NCBI RefSeq assembly: GCF_052938775.1
Contig: NZ_CM129038.1
Length of the DNA: 32,000 nucleotides
Direction: 5' to 3' (one strand)
Shown here one piece after another: positions 20,737 through 32,000 of this stretch. The position numbers and the translations under genes are program-made. Below the pieces are notes generated by a model. It made no database searches. It saw only the letters and a program-made list of their open reading frames with translations, and was not told where the DNA came from. Each line of letters opens with the position of its first letter. The first letter of the stretch is position 1.

Positions 20737-20793
20737 TTCCGCTTCCTCGACCACTCGCTCACTACGTTCGGTCGCTGGGTCTGCGGCGAGCGG
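20737..20793. other. ColE1/pBR322-like primosome-assembly-site (pas/ssi) homologous segment; candidate complementary-strand origin
   Basis: ttccgcttcctcgaccactcgctcactacgttcggtcgctgggtctgcggcgagcgg was compared with the pUC/pBR322 backbone TTCCGCTTCCTCGCTCACTGACTCGCTGCGCTCGGTCGTTCGGCTGCGGCGAGCGG, recalled from memory. Hand alignment gives about 47 of 57 identical bases, including two perfect 13-mers. The segment lies in the 111-bp pI-pIV intergenic spacer. Confidence 0.5.
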
Positions 20794-20806
20794 AGTGTCC
20801 TCTGTC

Positions 20807-22021
<1,215 letters not shown>

Positions 22022-22034
22022 TTACCCCGCAAAA

Positions 22035-22394
22035 TTACTTGCCAATATTAAGTCCATTTGATTTAAATAAATCATAAACCAATCGATACACTCTATCCTT
22101 ATAAAGATATATGTATGAAATAAATTGAACATGGAGGATAATATTAAAGCAGTCCTGAATATTTAAAGGCAGGTAACTGAATGCAACTATAATAACATCG
22201 AGTTTATTAACATCGGAGATTTGACGAATAATAAAATTAACGGCAGATACAAGAGCATAATATGAAGTGTAGCAAAGACCAAGATAAGAAAGGAGCTTAG
22301 CCCATGCAACAGCTTTATCACCGATAACTCCTGCAATGAAACGTAGTGATTTTAAAACAACATCAACAAAAAAAGCACCTAAAATGGCCCACAT
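22035..22394 (-). CDS. pVI-like minor coat / membrane protein
   Basis: The 119-aa hydrophobic ORF has an ATG that overlaps the stop of the upstream adsorption-protein gene (TGATG at 22392-22396). The assignment rests on position and composition only. Confidence 0.55.
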   Translation of the reverse strand: MWAILGAFFVDVVLKSLRFIAGVIGDKAVAWAKLLSYLGLCYTSYYALVSAVNFIIRQISDVNKLDVIIVAFSYLPLNIQDCFNIILHVQFISYIYLYKDRVYRLVYDLFKSNGLNIGK

Positions 22395-23803
22395 CAGAGT
22401 TTTACCTCACGTTCAAATAATGTACGACGAGAAATAACAAAAACGCGTAACATGGTTATCATATAAATAGCATACTCAAGAACAGAACGAACATAATCGT
22501 CATAAGCTTTTGCAAAATGGCTTGTATCAATCTTGAAATTAATCGCGCCAGTCAACGGAAGATTAAAGCTAAATTGTAAAGTAAAAGGAAGAGCAGTTCC
22601 ATTATTTGTATTTACCAGTTTGTCAATATTAACTGTAAGCCAATTGTTATTATCATGACTCTCACTTCCCTGTCCTGGCAAGTAATGCGAAAGCTCCCCT
22701 AAAGGGAAATCCCCATCAGGCAAAGAAGAAGCTATATTCTGACTAATATCTTTAATACCATTGTCCAGTGAATTTAATGCATTATTCATATCAGTCTGAG
22801 AAACAGAAAAAGCATTATTTAAATCATTCACTGACACCCATATTGTTTTTAACCAGCCCAAAATACCATCAAGCCAGCCATTGTCATCGCCGGATGAGCC
22901 ACCGGAGCCTGAACTACCGCTACCGGATGAACCGCCGGAGCCCGAGCCGGAGCCACCGCTACCGGATGAACCACCGGAGCCTGAACCTGAACCACCACTG
23001 CCCGATGAGCCGCCGGAACCCGAGCCGGAGCCACCGCTACCGGATGAACCACCGGAGCCAGAACCTGAACCACCACTGCCGGATGAGCCGCCGGAACCCG
23101 AGCCGGAGCCACCACTGCCGGATGAACCGCCAGAGCCTGTCGTATTATCGCAATTGTCGTCGTCACAACCAGAGCCACTCCCTGTATTGTCGTCAGGATT
23201 TTTATTGGCGGCAGCCACGCCAACAGAACGCATACTCTGAGCGATACAATTCCCGTCGTCATCACACTCGTTAAAATCAATCAAATAACGACAGCCATTA
23301 ATTTCCAGGGACTGAGATTCCTGCCCGTTACCCGTATCAACCCAGACAACATCACCAAGAGAATATGAAAAGTCCTTAATTACCGGACGGGAAAGACAAT
23401 TTTCTTCGGTAACCGGCTTATTATATTCAGGTGTCAAATCACCCTCACCTCCCTGAAAAGCAAGGGTGCAGGTTTCCCACTCTTGCTTGTCTAAATCCCA
23501 GACTTTATATGCATGCCATTTGGCAGAAACAAAATTCCCAACGGTAGAAGGTGCGGCAGAAACCTTTGAAGGATTGTCGCCGCAATAATGAATTATTCCG
23601 GAACATGCATCAACACTGGACCAGCCACAAAAAATATGACCAGCCCCCCTGGCTAATTTAATCGACGTCCCCGCGTCCGAATAAGCTGTCCTGCAGGATA
23701 AACGGCCTGCACACTGAACAAGTGCATCCGGATTTTCTTTCCCCTCAGCAAAAGAAAACGAGGAAAAGAACAAAAACAGAAACGGAAAAATAAGACGAAT
23801 CAA
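22394..23803 (-). CDS. pIII-like adsorption (minor coat) protein with Gly/Ser repeat linker
   Basis: 469-aa ORF with a TTG start at 23803 and AGGAG 8 nt upstream. It has a signal peptide (MIRLIFPFLFLFFSSFSFA) and a Cys-rich N-terminal domain. Five copies of GGSSGSGGSGSGS follow. The C-terminal domain ends in a TM anchor (YAIYMITMLRVFVI). Confidence 0.8.
   Translation of the reverse strand: MIRLIFPFLFLFFSSFSFAEGKENPDALVQCAGRLSCRTAYSDAGTSIKLARGAGHIFCGWSSVDACSGIIHYCGDNPSKVSAAPSTVGNFVSAKWHAYKVWDLDKQEWETCTLAFQGGEGDLTPEYNKPVTEENCLSRPVIKDFSYSLGDVVWVDTGNGQESQSLEINGCRYLIDFNECDDDGNCIAQSMRSVGVAAANKNPDDNTGSGSGCDDDNCDNTTGSGGSSGSGGSGSGSGGSSGSGGSGSGSGGSSGSGGSGSGSGGSSGSGGSGSGSGGSSGSGGSGSGSGGSSGSGSSGSGGSSGDDNGWLDGILGWLKTIWVSVNDLNNAFSVSQTDMNNALNSLDNGIKDISQNIASSLPDGDFPLGELSHYLPGQGSESHDNNNWLTVNIDKLVNTNNGTALPFTLQFSFNLPLTGAINFKIDTSHFAKAYDDYVRSVLEYAIYMITMLRVFVISRRTLFEREVKL
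22890..23137 (-). repeat. 39-bp tandem repeat (alternating 78-bp super-period) encoding the Gly/Ser linker
   Basis: The complete units are 22923-22961, 22962-23000, 23001-23039, 23040-23078 and 23079-23117, with partial units at both ends. Odd and even units differ from each other at about 7 wobble positions. Confidence 0.9.
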
Positions 23804-23823
23804 GCAAAAACTCCTGAAATGAT

Positions 23824-23847
23824 TAAAAAAGCGCCCCGAAGGGCGCT
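23824..23847 (-). terminator. Rho-independent terminator after the major coat gene
   Basis: The minus strand reads AGCGCCC-TTCG-GGGCGCT followed by TTTTTTAATC, 16 nt after the coat-gene stop. This is the same position as the terminator after gene VIII in Ff phages. Confidence 0.85.
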
Positions 23848-23862
23848 GTCGTTAAATAACTA

Positions 23863-24123
<261 letters not shown>

Positions 24124-24129
24124 TTAAAA

Positions 24130-24300
24130 TTAATTAACAGCATCGCTGAACATCCGGCAGACCAGAGTGAAAATAACACCAAGGCCAAAGCCAAGAAGCC
24201 AGCAGACAATCCAGACATACAGAACGGCCCAGTAAAGCTCTCCGTCCTGTACGCCAGAATTCAGTGCGGATAAAACACCGCTGAAATCAAATTCAGTCAT
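24130..24300 (-). CDS. Small hydrophobic protein (pVII/pIX-position minor coat candidate)
   Basis: The internal ATG at 24300 gives 56 aa with one TM segment (YWAVLYVWIVCWLLGFGLGVIFTLV). The start overlaps the upstream ORF's stop by 8 nt (ATGACTGA). Confidence 0.5.
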   Translation of the reverse strand: MTEFDFSGVLSALNSGVQDGELYWAVLYVWIVCWLLGFGLGVIFTLVCRMFSDAVN

Positions 24301-24433
24301 AATAACGCTGAACAGTAATGCTTTGTGAGTCACAGGCGCGAATCAGTTTTATTCCGATGCCAAAACCTGAAGAAAATAAAATCATTGCAGGAGCAGCAAA
24401 TAAAACAAAGTTCAGAAAATCAGCGTCAGACAT
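24293..24433 (-). CDS. Small hydrophobic protein (pVII/pIX-position minor coat candidate)
   Basis: The ATG at 24433, 4 nt after the upstream stop, gives a 46-aa product: MSDADFLNFVLFAAPAMILFSSGFGIGIKLI.... Confidence 0.45.
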   Translation of the reverse strand: MSDADFLNFVLFAAPAMILFSSGFGIGIKLIRACDSQSITVQRYYD

Positions 24434-24437
24434 ATCA

Positions 24438-24863
24438 TCAGCCTTTTTCTTTACCAGCGGGCAGTGCACCCAGCGGCTGACCGTCAAAACGTTTCATGGA
24501 GCCGGAAATAAAACGATACCAGACACCATGACGTTCAGAGCCTGTCGACCATGAGTTAACATCCACCGTGAGATAAACAGGTTTGCCCTGCAAATCAGGA
24601 CATGAATTAAAAAATTTAAAATCCTCCTCAGTACAGGAAAAGCGCTCATGCTCCTCACGGCGGACTTTTAATTTTCGGTCCTCATACGGATAGGCAATAA
24701 CAATGGCATATTTGGGTTTGGCCTCAGGGTTATAATGAGAACCCGTGGGTTTTAACTCCTCATCATTTATGACAGTGGCGTGAATAAAATATCCCGCCAT
24801 TGTCATACCTGCGGTAAAACCCTCAGGGGAAGGAAACGGAAAACTGTCATAAATTTGATTCAT
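24438..24863 (-). CDS. Hypothetical protein in the gene V (ssDNA-binding protein) position
   Basis: 141-aa ORF with a strong GAGGAG SD, immediately after rep. The function is inferred from synteny only. Confidence 0.4.
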   Translation of the reverse strand: MNQIYDSFPFPSPEGFTAGMTMAGYFIHATVINDEELKPTGSHYNPEAKPKYAIVIAYPYEDRKLKVRREEHERFSCTEEDFKFFNSCPDLQGKPVYLTVDVNSWSTGSERHGVWYRFISGSMKRFDGQPLGALPAGKEKG

Positions 24864-24893
24864 AAATCAGACTCCTCAATGTTAAAAATTCAG

Positions 24894-28060
<3,167 letters not shown>

Positions 28061-28091
28061 CATTTCCCCGGTTTAATACAGGTATACAAAA

Positions 28092-28929
28092 GTGGATAGA
28101 GATCAAACAAACAGCAGCCTGTTCAATGATGATCCCGTACTTCATGCAACATGGCTGTACTATCAGGAAGGCAAAAGCCAGACTGAAGTTGCAGCTATCA
28201 TGGGGGTGTCCCGCGTCACGGTTGTCAAATACCTGCAAACAGCCCGGGAAAATGGACTGGTTCATATCAACCTGGATGTGAATGTCTTTGGCTCTATCGA
28301 CGCTGCTTTGCAAATTCGCGATAAATTCAATCTCCAGAGAGTGATCATCGTGCCGGATGGCGAACATGCCGGAAAACGTGATGATACAAAGCTGATGCGG
28401 ACTCGCCTTTCACGTGCCGGTGGCATGTATCTGAATCAGGTGATTGAGAATGGTGATGTGCTGGGGGTTGCCTGGGGAAGAACAATCCATCAGATGAGCA
28501 AAACCATGACGCCGAAGTCATGTAAAAATGTCACCGTTATACAGATGCTCGGTTCCATGCCATCTCAGCCAGACCTGACGATCATTGAATCCTCATCGCA
28601 AATCGCCTACAAGCTTTCAGGCCGTGTCGCCTCGCTGCACGTGCCCGCCGTGGTATCAAGCGCCAGACTGGCCATGGAGTTACAGGCAGAGCCTATTATT
28701 CGATCGAATTTTGACGTTCTGACTCGCTGTACGAAAGCCTTTTTTGTCGTGGGTAACGCGCTTGATGAAAATCCCCTGATTCGGGTGGGCGTGCTGAATA
28801 AGAAGGAAATGCAGACGTATCGGGATTTAGGCGCAGTAGGTGTCATTTGTGATCGCTTCTATGACAAGGAAGGGATGCCCGTCGTGGCTGATGTTGACCA
28901 GCGTATTCTGGGAATCAGTCTGGCTCAGC
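28092..28929 (+). pseudogene. yjhU: SorC/DeoR-type sugar-binding transcriptional regulator, 3'-truncated by IS66-family insertion
   Basis: The GTG start gives MDRDQTNSSLFNDDPVLHATWLYYQEGKSQTEVAAIMGVSRVTVVKYL... (HTH plus SorC sugar-binding domain). The reading frame runs into the IS66 terminal repeat GTAAGCG at 28930. The last 23 aa of ORF 28092..29000 are IS-derived. Confidence 0.8.
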
Positions 28930-29014
28930 GTAAGCGTAAACTGACCGCCGTATGTAGCCATCAGACGAGAATTGGTAACTTAGACGCCCATCTGATATAG
29001 ACGGACATCTAAGT

Positions 29015-29440
29015 ATGGAATTACAGGACTGGCGAAAAGAACCTCGTAAAAACTATTCGAATGAATTCAAACTTCGTATGGTGGAACTGGCATCACAACC
29101 TGGAGCTTGTGTTGCACAGATTGCACGTGAAAATGGCGTCAATGATAATGTTATTTTCAAATGGCTCAGGCTCTGGCAGAACGAAGGGCGTGTTTCGCGG
29201 CGTCTTCCGGTAACGACCTCTTCTGACACTGGCGTTGAATTATTACCTGTAGAAATAACGCCGGATGAGCAGAAAGAACCTGTGGCGGCCATTGCGCCGT
29301 CTTTATCCACTTCCACTCAGACCAGAGTCAGTGCCAGTTCCTGCAAGGTGGAATTCCGTCACGGTAACATGACGCTGGAAAATCCATCGCCAGAGCTGCT
29401 CACAGTGTTGATCCGTGAACTGACCGGGAGGGGAAGATGA
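29015..29440 (+). CDS. tnpA: IS66-family accessory protein TnpA (orf1)
   Basis: 141-aa ORF MELQDWRKEPRKNYSNEFKLRMVELASQPGACVAQIARENGVNDNVIFKW... containing an HTH. Confidence 0.85.
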   Translation: MELQDWRKEPRKNYSNEFKLRMVELASQPGACVAQIARENGVNDNVIFKWLRLWQNEGRVSRRLPVTTSSDTGVELLPVEITPDEQKEPVAAIAPSLSTSTQTRVSASSCKVEFRHGNMTLENPSPELLTVLIRELTGRGR

Positions 29441-29711
29441 TCTCACTCCCATCAGGTACCCGTATCTGGCTCGTTGCCGGCGTTACCGATATGCGTAAAT
29501 CCTTCAACGGACTGGGAGAACAGGTACAACATGTGCTGAATGATAATCCCTTCTCCGGTCACCTGTTTATCTTCCGTGGCCGACGGGGTGACACCGTCAA
29601 AATTCTTTGGGCTGATGCTGATGGTCTGTGCCTGTTCACCAAACGCCTGGAGGAAGGCCAGTTTATCTGGCCTGCGGTACGTGACGGCAAGGTATCCATT
29701 ACCCGCTCGCA
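29437..29711 (+). pseudogene. tnpB: IS66-family TnpB (orf2), 5' part, split by IS3-family insertion
   Basis: MISLPSGTRIWLVAGVTDMRKSFNGLGEQV...VRDGKVSITRS ends at the IS3-family inverted repeat. The frame resumes at 31025. Confidence 0.85.
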
Positions 29712-29765
29712 TGAATCGCCCCGGGAATCCTGGAGACTAAACTCCTTGAGAGAGAGGTAAACAGG

Positions 29766-30092
29766 ATGACTAAAAATACGCGCTTTTCCCCTGAGGTCCG
29801 TCAGCGGGCCGTTCGTATGGTTATCGAAAGCCAGAATGACTATGACTCGCAGTGGGCGGCCATCAGCTCCATCGCCCCTAAAATCGGCTGTACGCCTGAG
29901 ACCCTGCGTACCTGGCTGCGTCAGTATGAGCGCGATGCCGGTGCAGGTGACGGCGGACTGAGCACCACTGAACGTCAGCGTCTGAAGGAACTGGAGCGTG
30001 AAAACCGCGAACTGCGCCGCAGCAACGATATCCTGCGCCAGGCTTCCGCGTATTTTGCGAAGGCGGAGTTCGACCGCCTGTGGAAAAAATAG
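29766..30092 (+). CDS. IS3-family transposase OrfA (HTH)
   Basis: 108-aa [22 protein letters not shown]...[33 protein letters not shown]. It ends in an A6 run (30084-30089) at the orfA/orfB overlap. Confidence 0.9.
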   Translation: MTKNTRFSPEVRQRAVRMVIESQNDYDSQWAAISSIAPKIGCTPETLRTWLRQYERDAGAGDGGLSTTERQRLKELERENRELRRSNDILRQASAYFAKAEFDRLWKK

Positions 30093-30979
30093 CGCCTCTG
30101 GTGGATACCCTGCGTGGTGCGCACGGGGTCGGACCGGTATGCCACGAGCTGGCTGTCGCCCCGTCAACGTATTACCGGCATCGTGCGCATCAACGGCATC
30201 CGGATAAACGCAGTCAGCGGGCACAGCGTGATGACCTGCTGAAGCCGGAGATACAGCGCGTGTACGATGAAAACCACAGCGTGTACGGTGTGCGCAAGGT
30301 CTGGCGCCAGTTGTTGCGTGAGGGGGTGACCGTGGCCAGGTGCACAGTAGAACGGCTGATGAAGGTGATGGGGCTTGCCGGTGTGCGCCGGGGTAAAAAG
30401 GTCCGCACCACAGTCAGCCGGAAAGAAGCCGCTGCGGGTGACCGGGTGAACCGCCAGTTCGTGGCAGAACGCCCCGACCAGCTGTGGGTGGCTGACTTCA
30501 CGTATGTGAGCACCTGGCAGGGCTTCGCTTACGTGGCGTTCATCATCGATGTGTTCGCCGGCGTCATTGTGGGCTGGCGGGTCTCATCGTCGATGAAAAC
30601 GACGTTCGTGCTGGATGCACTGGAGCAGGCGCTGTGGGCCCGTCGCCCGTCGGGCACCATCCATCACTCAGATAAGGGGTCACAATATGTGTCGCTGGCA
30701 TACACTCAGCGGCTTAAGGATGCAGAGTTGCTGGCGTCAACCGGCAGCACAGGCGACTCATATGACAACGCGATGGCGGAGAGCATCAACGGACTTTATA
30801 AAGCGGAGGTGATACATCGTAAGAGCTGGAAAAACCGCGCCGAAGTGGAACTGGCCACACTGACGTGGGTGGACTGGTACAATAACCGACGGTTGCTGGA
30901 ACGACTGGGTCATATCCCGCCGGCAGAAGCGGAAAAGGCATATTACGCTTCCATCGGAAATGGTGGTCTGGCAGCCTGA
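30080..30979 (+). CDS. IS3-family transposase OrfB (DDE integrase domain; normally made as an OrfAB -1 frameshift fusion)
   Basis: The ORF is in the -1 frame relative to orfA and overlaps it at TGGAAAAAATAG. It carries DDE-region motifs ([22 protein letters not shown]). Confidence 0.88.
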   Translation: MEKIAPLVDTLRGAHGVGPVCHELAVAPSTYYRHRAHQRHPDKRSQRAQRDDLLKPEIQRVYDENHSVYGVRKVWRQLLREGVTVARCTVERLMKVMGLAGVRRGKKVRTTVSRKEAAAGDRVNRQFVAERPDQLWVADFTYVSTWQGFAYVAFIIDVFAGVIVGWRVSSSMKTTFVLDALEQALWARRPSGTIHHSDKGSQYVSLAYTQRLKDAELLASTGSTGDSYDNAMAESINGLYKAEVIHRKSWKNRAEVELATLTWVDWYNNRRLLERLGHIPPAEAEKAYYASIGNGGLAA

Positions 30980-31021
30980 GTTCACAGATAAAACACTCTC
31001 CCGGAAAACCGGGGCGGTTCA

Positions 31022-31100
31022 GCAACTGGCAATGCTCCTCGATAAGCTGGACTGGCGTCAGCCAAAAACATCCAGCCGTAACTCACTGACAATGTTGTAA
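31022..31100 (+). pseudogene. tnpB: IS66-family TnpB (orf2), 3' part
   Basis: Removing the IS3 element and one GCA copy joins ...ITRS to QLAMLLDKLDWRQPKTSSRNSLTML*. This restores a 116-aa TnpB. Confidence 0.8.
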
Positions 31101-31130
31101 AAAACTCCTGACCGCATTATAAAAACGGTC

Positions 31131-32000
31131 ATGAGTCAGAAATACCTCATTCGCATCGCAGAGCTGGAAAGGTTGCTCTCTGAGCAGGCTGAAGCCCTCC
31201 GTCAGAAAGACCAGCAACTGAGTCTGGTTGAAGAGACGGAAGCCTTCCTGCGCTCTGCACTGACACGTGCCGAAGAAAAGATCGAAGAAGATGAACGGGA
31301 AATAGAACATCTGCGGGCTCAGATAGAAAAACTGCGCCGGATGCTGTTCGGTACCCGTTCTGAAAAACTGCGTCGTGAAGTTGAACTGGCTGAGGCTCTG
31401 CTGAAACAACGTGAACAGGACAGCGATCGTTACAGTGGGCGGGAAGACGATCCTCAGGTTCCCCGCCAGTTGCGACAGTCGCGCCATCGTCGTCCGTTAC
31501 CGGCACACCTTCCCCGTGAAATACACCGCCTGGAGCCAGAAGAAAGCTGTTGCCCGGAGTGTGGCGGTGAGCTGGATTATCTGGGGGAAGTCAGCGCTGA
31601 ACAGCTGGAACTGGTGAGCAGTGCCCTGAAAGTGATCCGCACAGAACGGGTAAAAAAAGCCTGTACAAAATGTGACTGTATTGTTGAAGCACCGGCGCCG
31701 TCCCGCCCGATAGAGCGTGGTATCGCGGGCCCCGGATTACTTGCCCGCGTGTTAACGGGAAAATACTGCGAACATCTGCCACTGTATCGTCAGAGTGAAA
31801 TCTTTGCCCGCCAGGGTGTCGAACTGAGCCGGGCCTTACTCTCCAACTGGGTTGACGCGTGCTGCCAGTTAATGACACCGGTGAATGATGCCCTGTACCG
31901 TTATGTAATGAACACCCGCAAGGTTCACACTGATGACACACCGGTAAAGGTACTGGCACCGGGTCAGAAAAAGGCGAAAACAGGGCGTATCTGGACGTAT
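31131..32000 (+). CDS. tnpC: IS66-family transposase TnpC (orf3), 5' part (runs off window)
   Basis: The frame is open from the ATG at 31131 to the window end (290 codons), so it is absent from the ORF track. Hand translation gives MSQKYLIRIAELERLLSEQAEAL...CCPECGGELDYLGE...HTDDTPVKVL.... It has a leucine-zipper-like N-terminus, a zinc-finger region and the start of a DDE domain. Confidence 0.85.
   Translation, partial: MSQKYLIRIAELERLLSEQAEALRQKDQQLSLVEETEAFLRSALTRAEEKIEEDEREIEHLRAQIEKLRRMLFGTRSEKLRREVELAEALLKQREQDSDRYSGREDDPQVPRQLRQSRHRRPLPAHLPREIHRLEPEESCCPECGGELDYLGEVSAEQLELVSSALKVIRTERVKKACTKCDCIVEAPAPSRPIERGIAGPGLLARVLTGKYCEHLPLYRQSEIFARQGVELSRALLSNWVDACCQLMTPVNDALYRYVMNTRKVHTDDTPVKVLAPGQKKAKTGRIWTY

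Larger units (their letters stand above)
29712..31021 (+). mobile_element. Complete IS3-family element (IS629/IS3411-like), 1310 bp
   Basis: IRL is tgaatcgccccgggaatcctgg (from 29712). IRR is ...ccggaaaaccggggcggttca (ending at 31021). The element is flanked by a direct GCA (29709-29711 and 31022-24) and carries orfA and orfB. Confidence 0.9.
28930..32000 (+). mobile_element. IS66-family insertion sequence (ISEc8-like), left end to window edge, interrupted by an IS3-family element
   Basis: The terminus starts GTAAGCGTAAACTGACCGCC, which is typical of IS66 inverted repeats. It is followed by the tnpA-tnpB-tnpC gene order with an ATGA overlap between tnpA and tnpB. Confidence 0.85.

Noticed and set aside
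22768-23280. Three long ORFs across the Gly/Ser repeat: 22768..23274 (+), 22881..23240 (+, PEPEP-rich) and 22849..23280 (-, alternate frame).
   Set aside because: They are by-products of the stop-free 39-bp repeat. They have low-complexity products, no RBS, and lie entirely inside the well-supported pIII-like gene.
29559-30224. 221-aa minus-strand ORF spanning the IS66 tnpB / IS3 orfA junction, plus minus-strand ORFs at 31083..31959.
   Set aside because: They cross element boundaries or lie antisense to transposase genes with clear family motifs. These are typical GC-rich shadow frames.

Overview
Escherichia coli-type chromosomal segment from the fim-proximal nan/yjh/sgc accessory region. 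It matches my recollection of K-12 gene order, read in the opposite orientation.

Bases 1-18238 are all plus-strand. They contain the nanC 3' end, nanM and nanS. A decayed block follows: a restriction-like pseudogene, the truncated helicase-PLD gene yjhR and a GNAT fragment. Next come toiL-topAI-yjhQ (toxin/antitoxin with leader peptide), yjhP with an in-frame stop, a zinc-ribbon ORF and a VOC-family pseudogene. The stretch ends with the sgcXBCQAER PTS/sugar cluster and the yjhIHGF xylonate cluster.

Between yjhF and yjhU, which I recall as adjacent in K-12, lies a block of about 9.5 kb (about 18.5-28.06 kb) in which every gene is on the minus strand. It is a complete filamentous-phage (inovirus) gene set: P2 gpA-type HUH Rep, an ORF in the ssDNA-binding-protein position, two small membrane proteins, a major coat protein with signal peptide, a terminator, a Gly/Ser-linker adsorption protein, a pVI-like protein, a Zot/pI ATPase and a pIV secretin. 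An AT-rich membrane-anchored DUF2726 cargo gene sits at one end. An IS110-family DEDD recombinase gene sits at the other end, and its stop codon is 2 nt from the Rep start.

The recombinase is preceded by a structured non-coding leader of about 200-225 nt, which I flag as a candidate bridge RNA. The pI-pIV intergenic region carries a stretch of about 57 bp that strongly resembles the ColE1/pBR322 primosome-assembly-site region.

Downstream, yjhU is truncated by an IS66-family element (ISEc8-like; tnpA, tnpB and tnpC, running off the window). Its tnpB is in turn split by a complete 1310-bp IS3-family (IS629-like) element with a 3-bp target duplication.

I saw no rRNA, tRNA or CRISPR array. Element boundaries, the RNA call and all family assignments rest on reading the sequence and on memory. 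None has been checked against a database.
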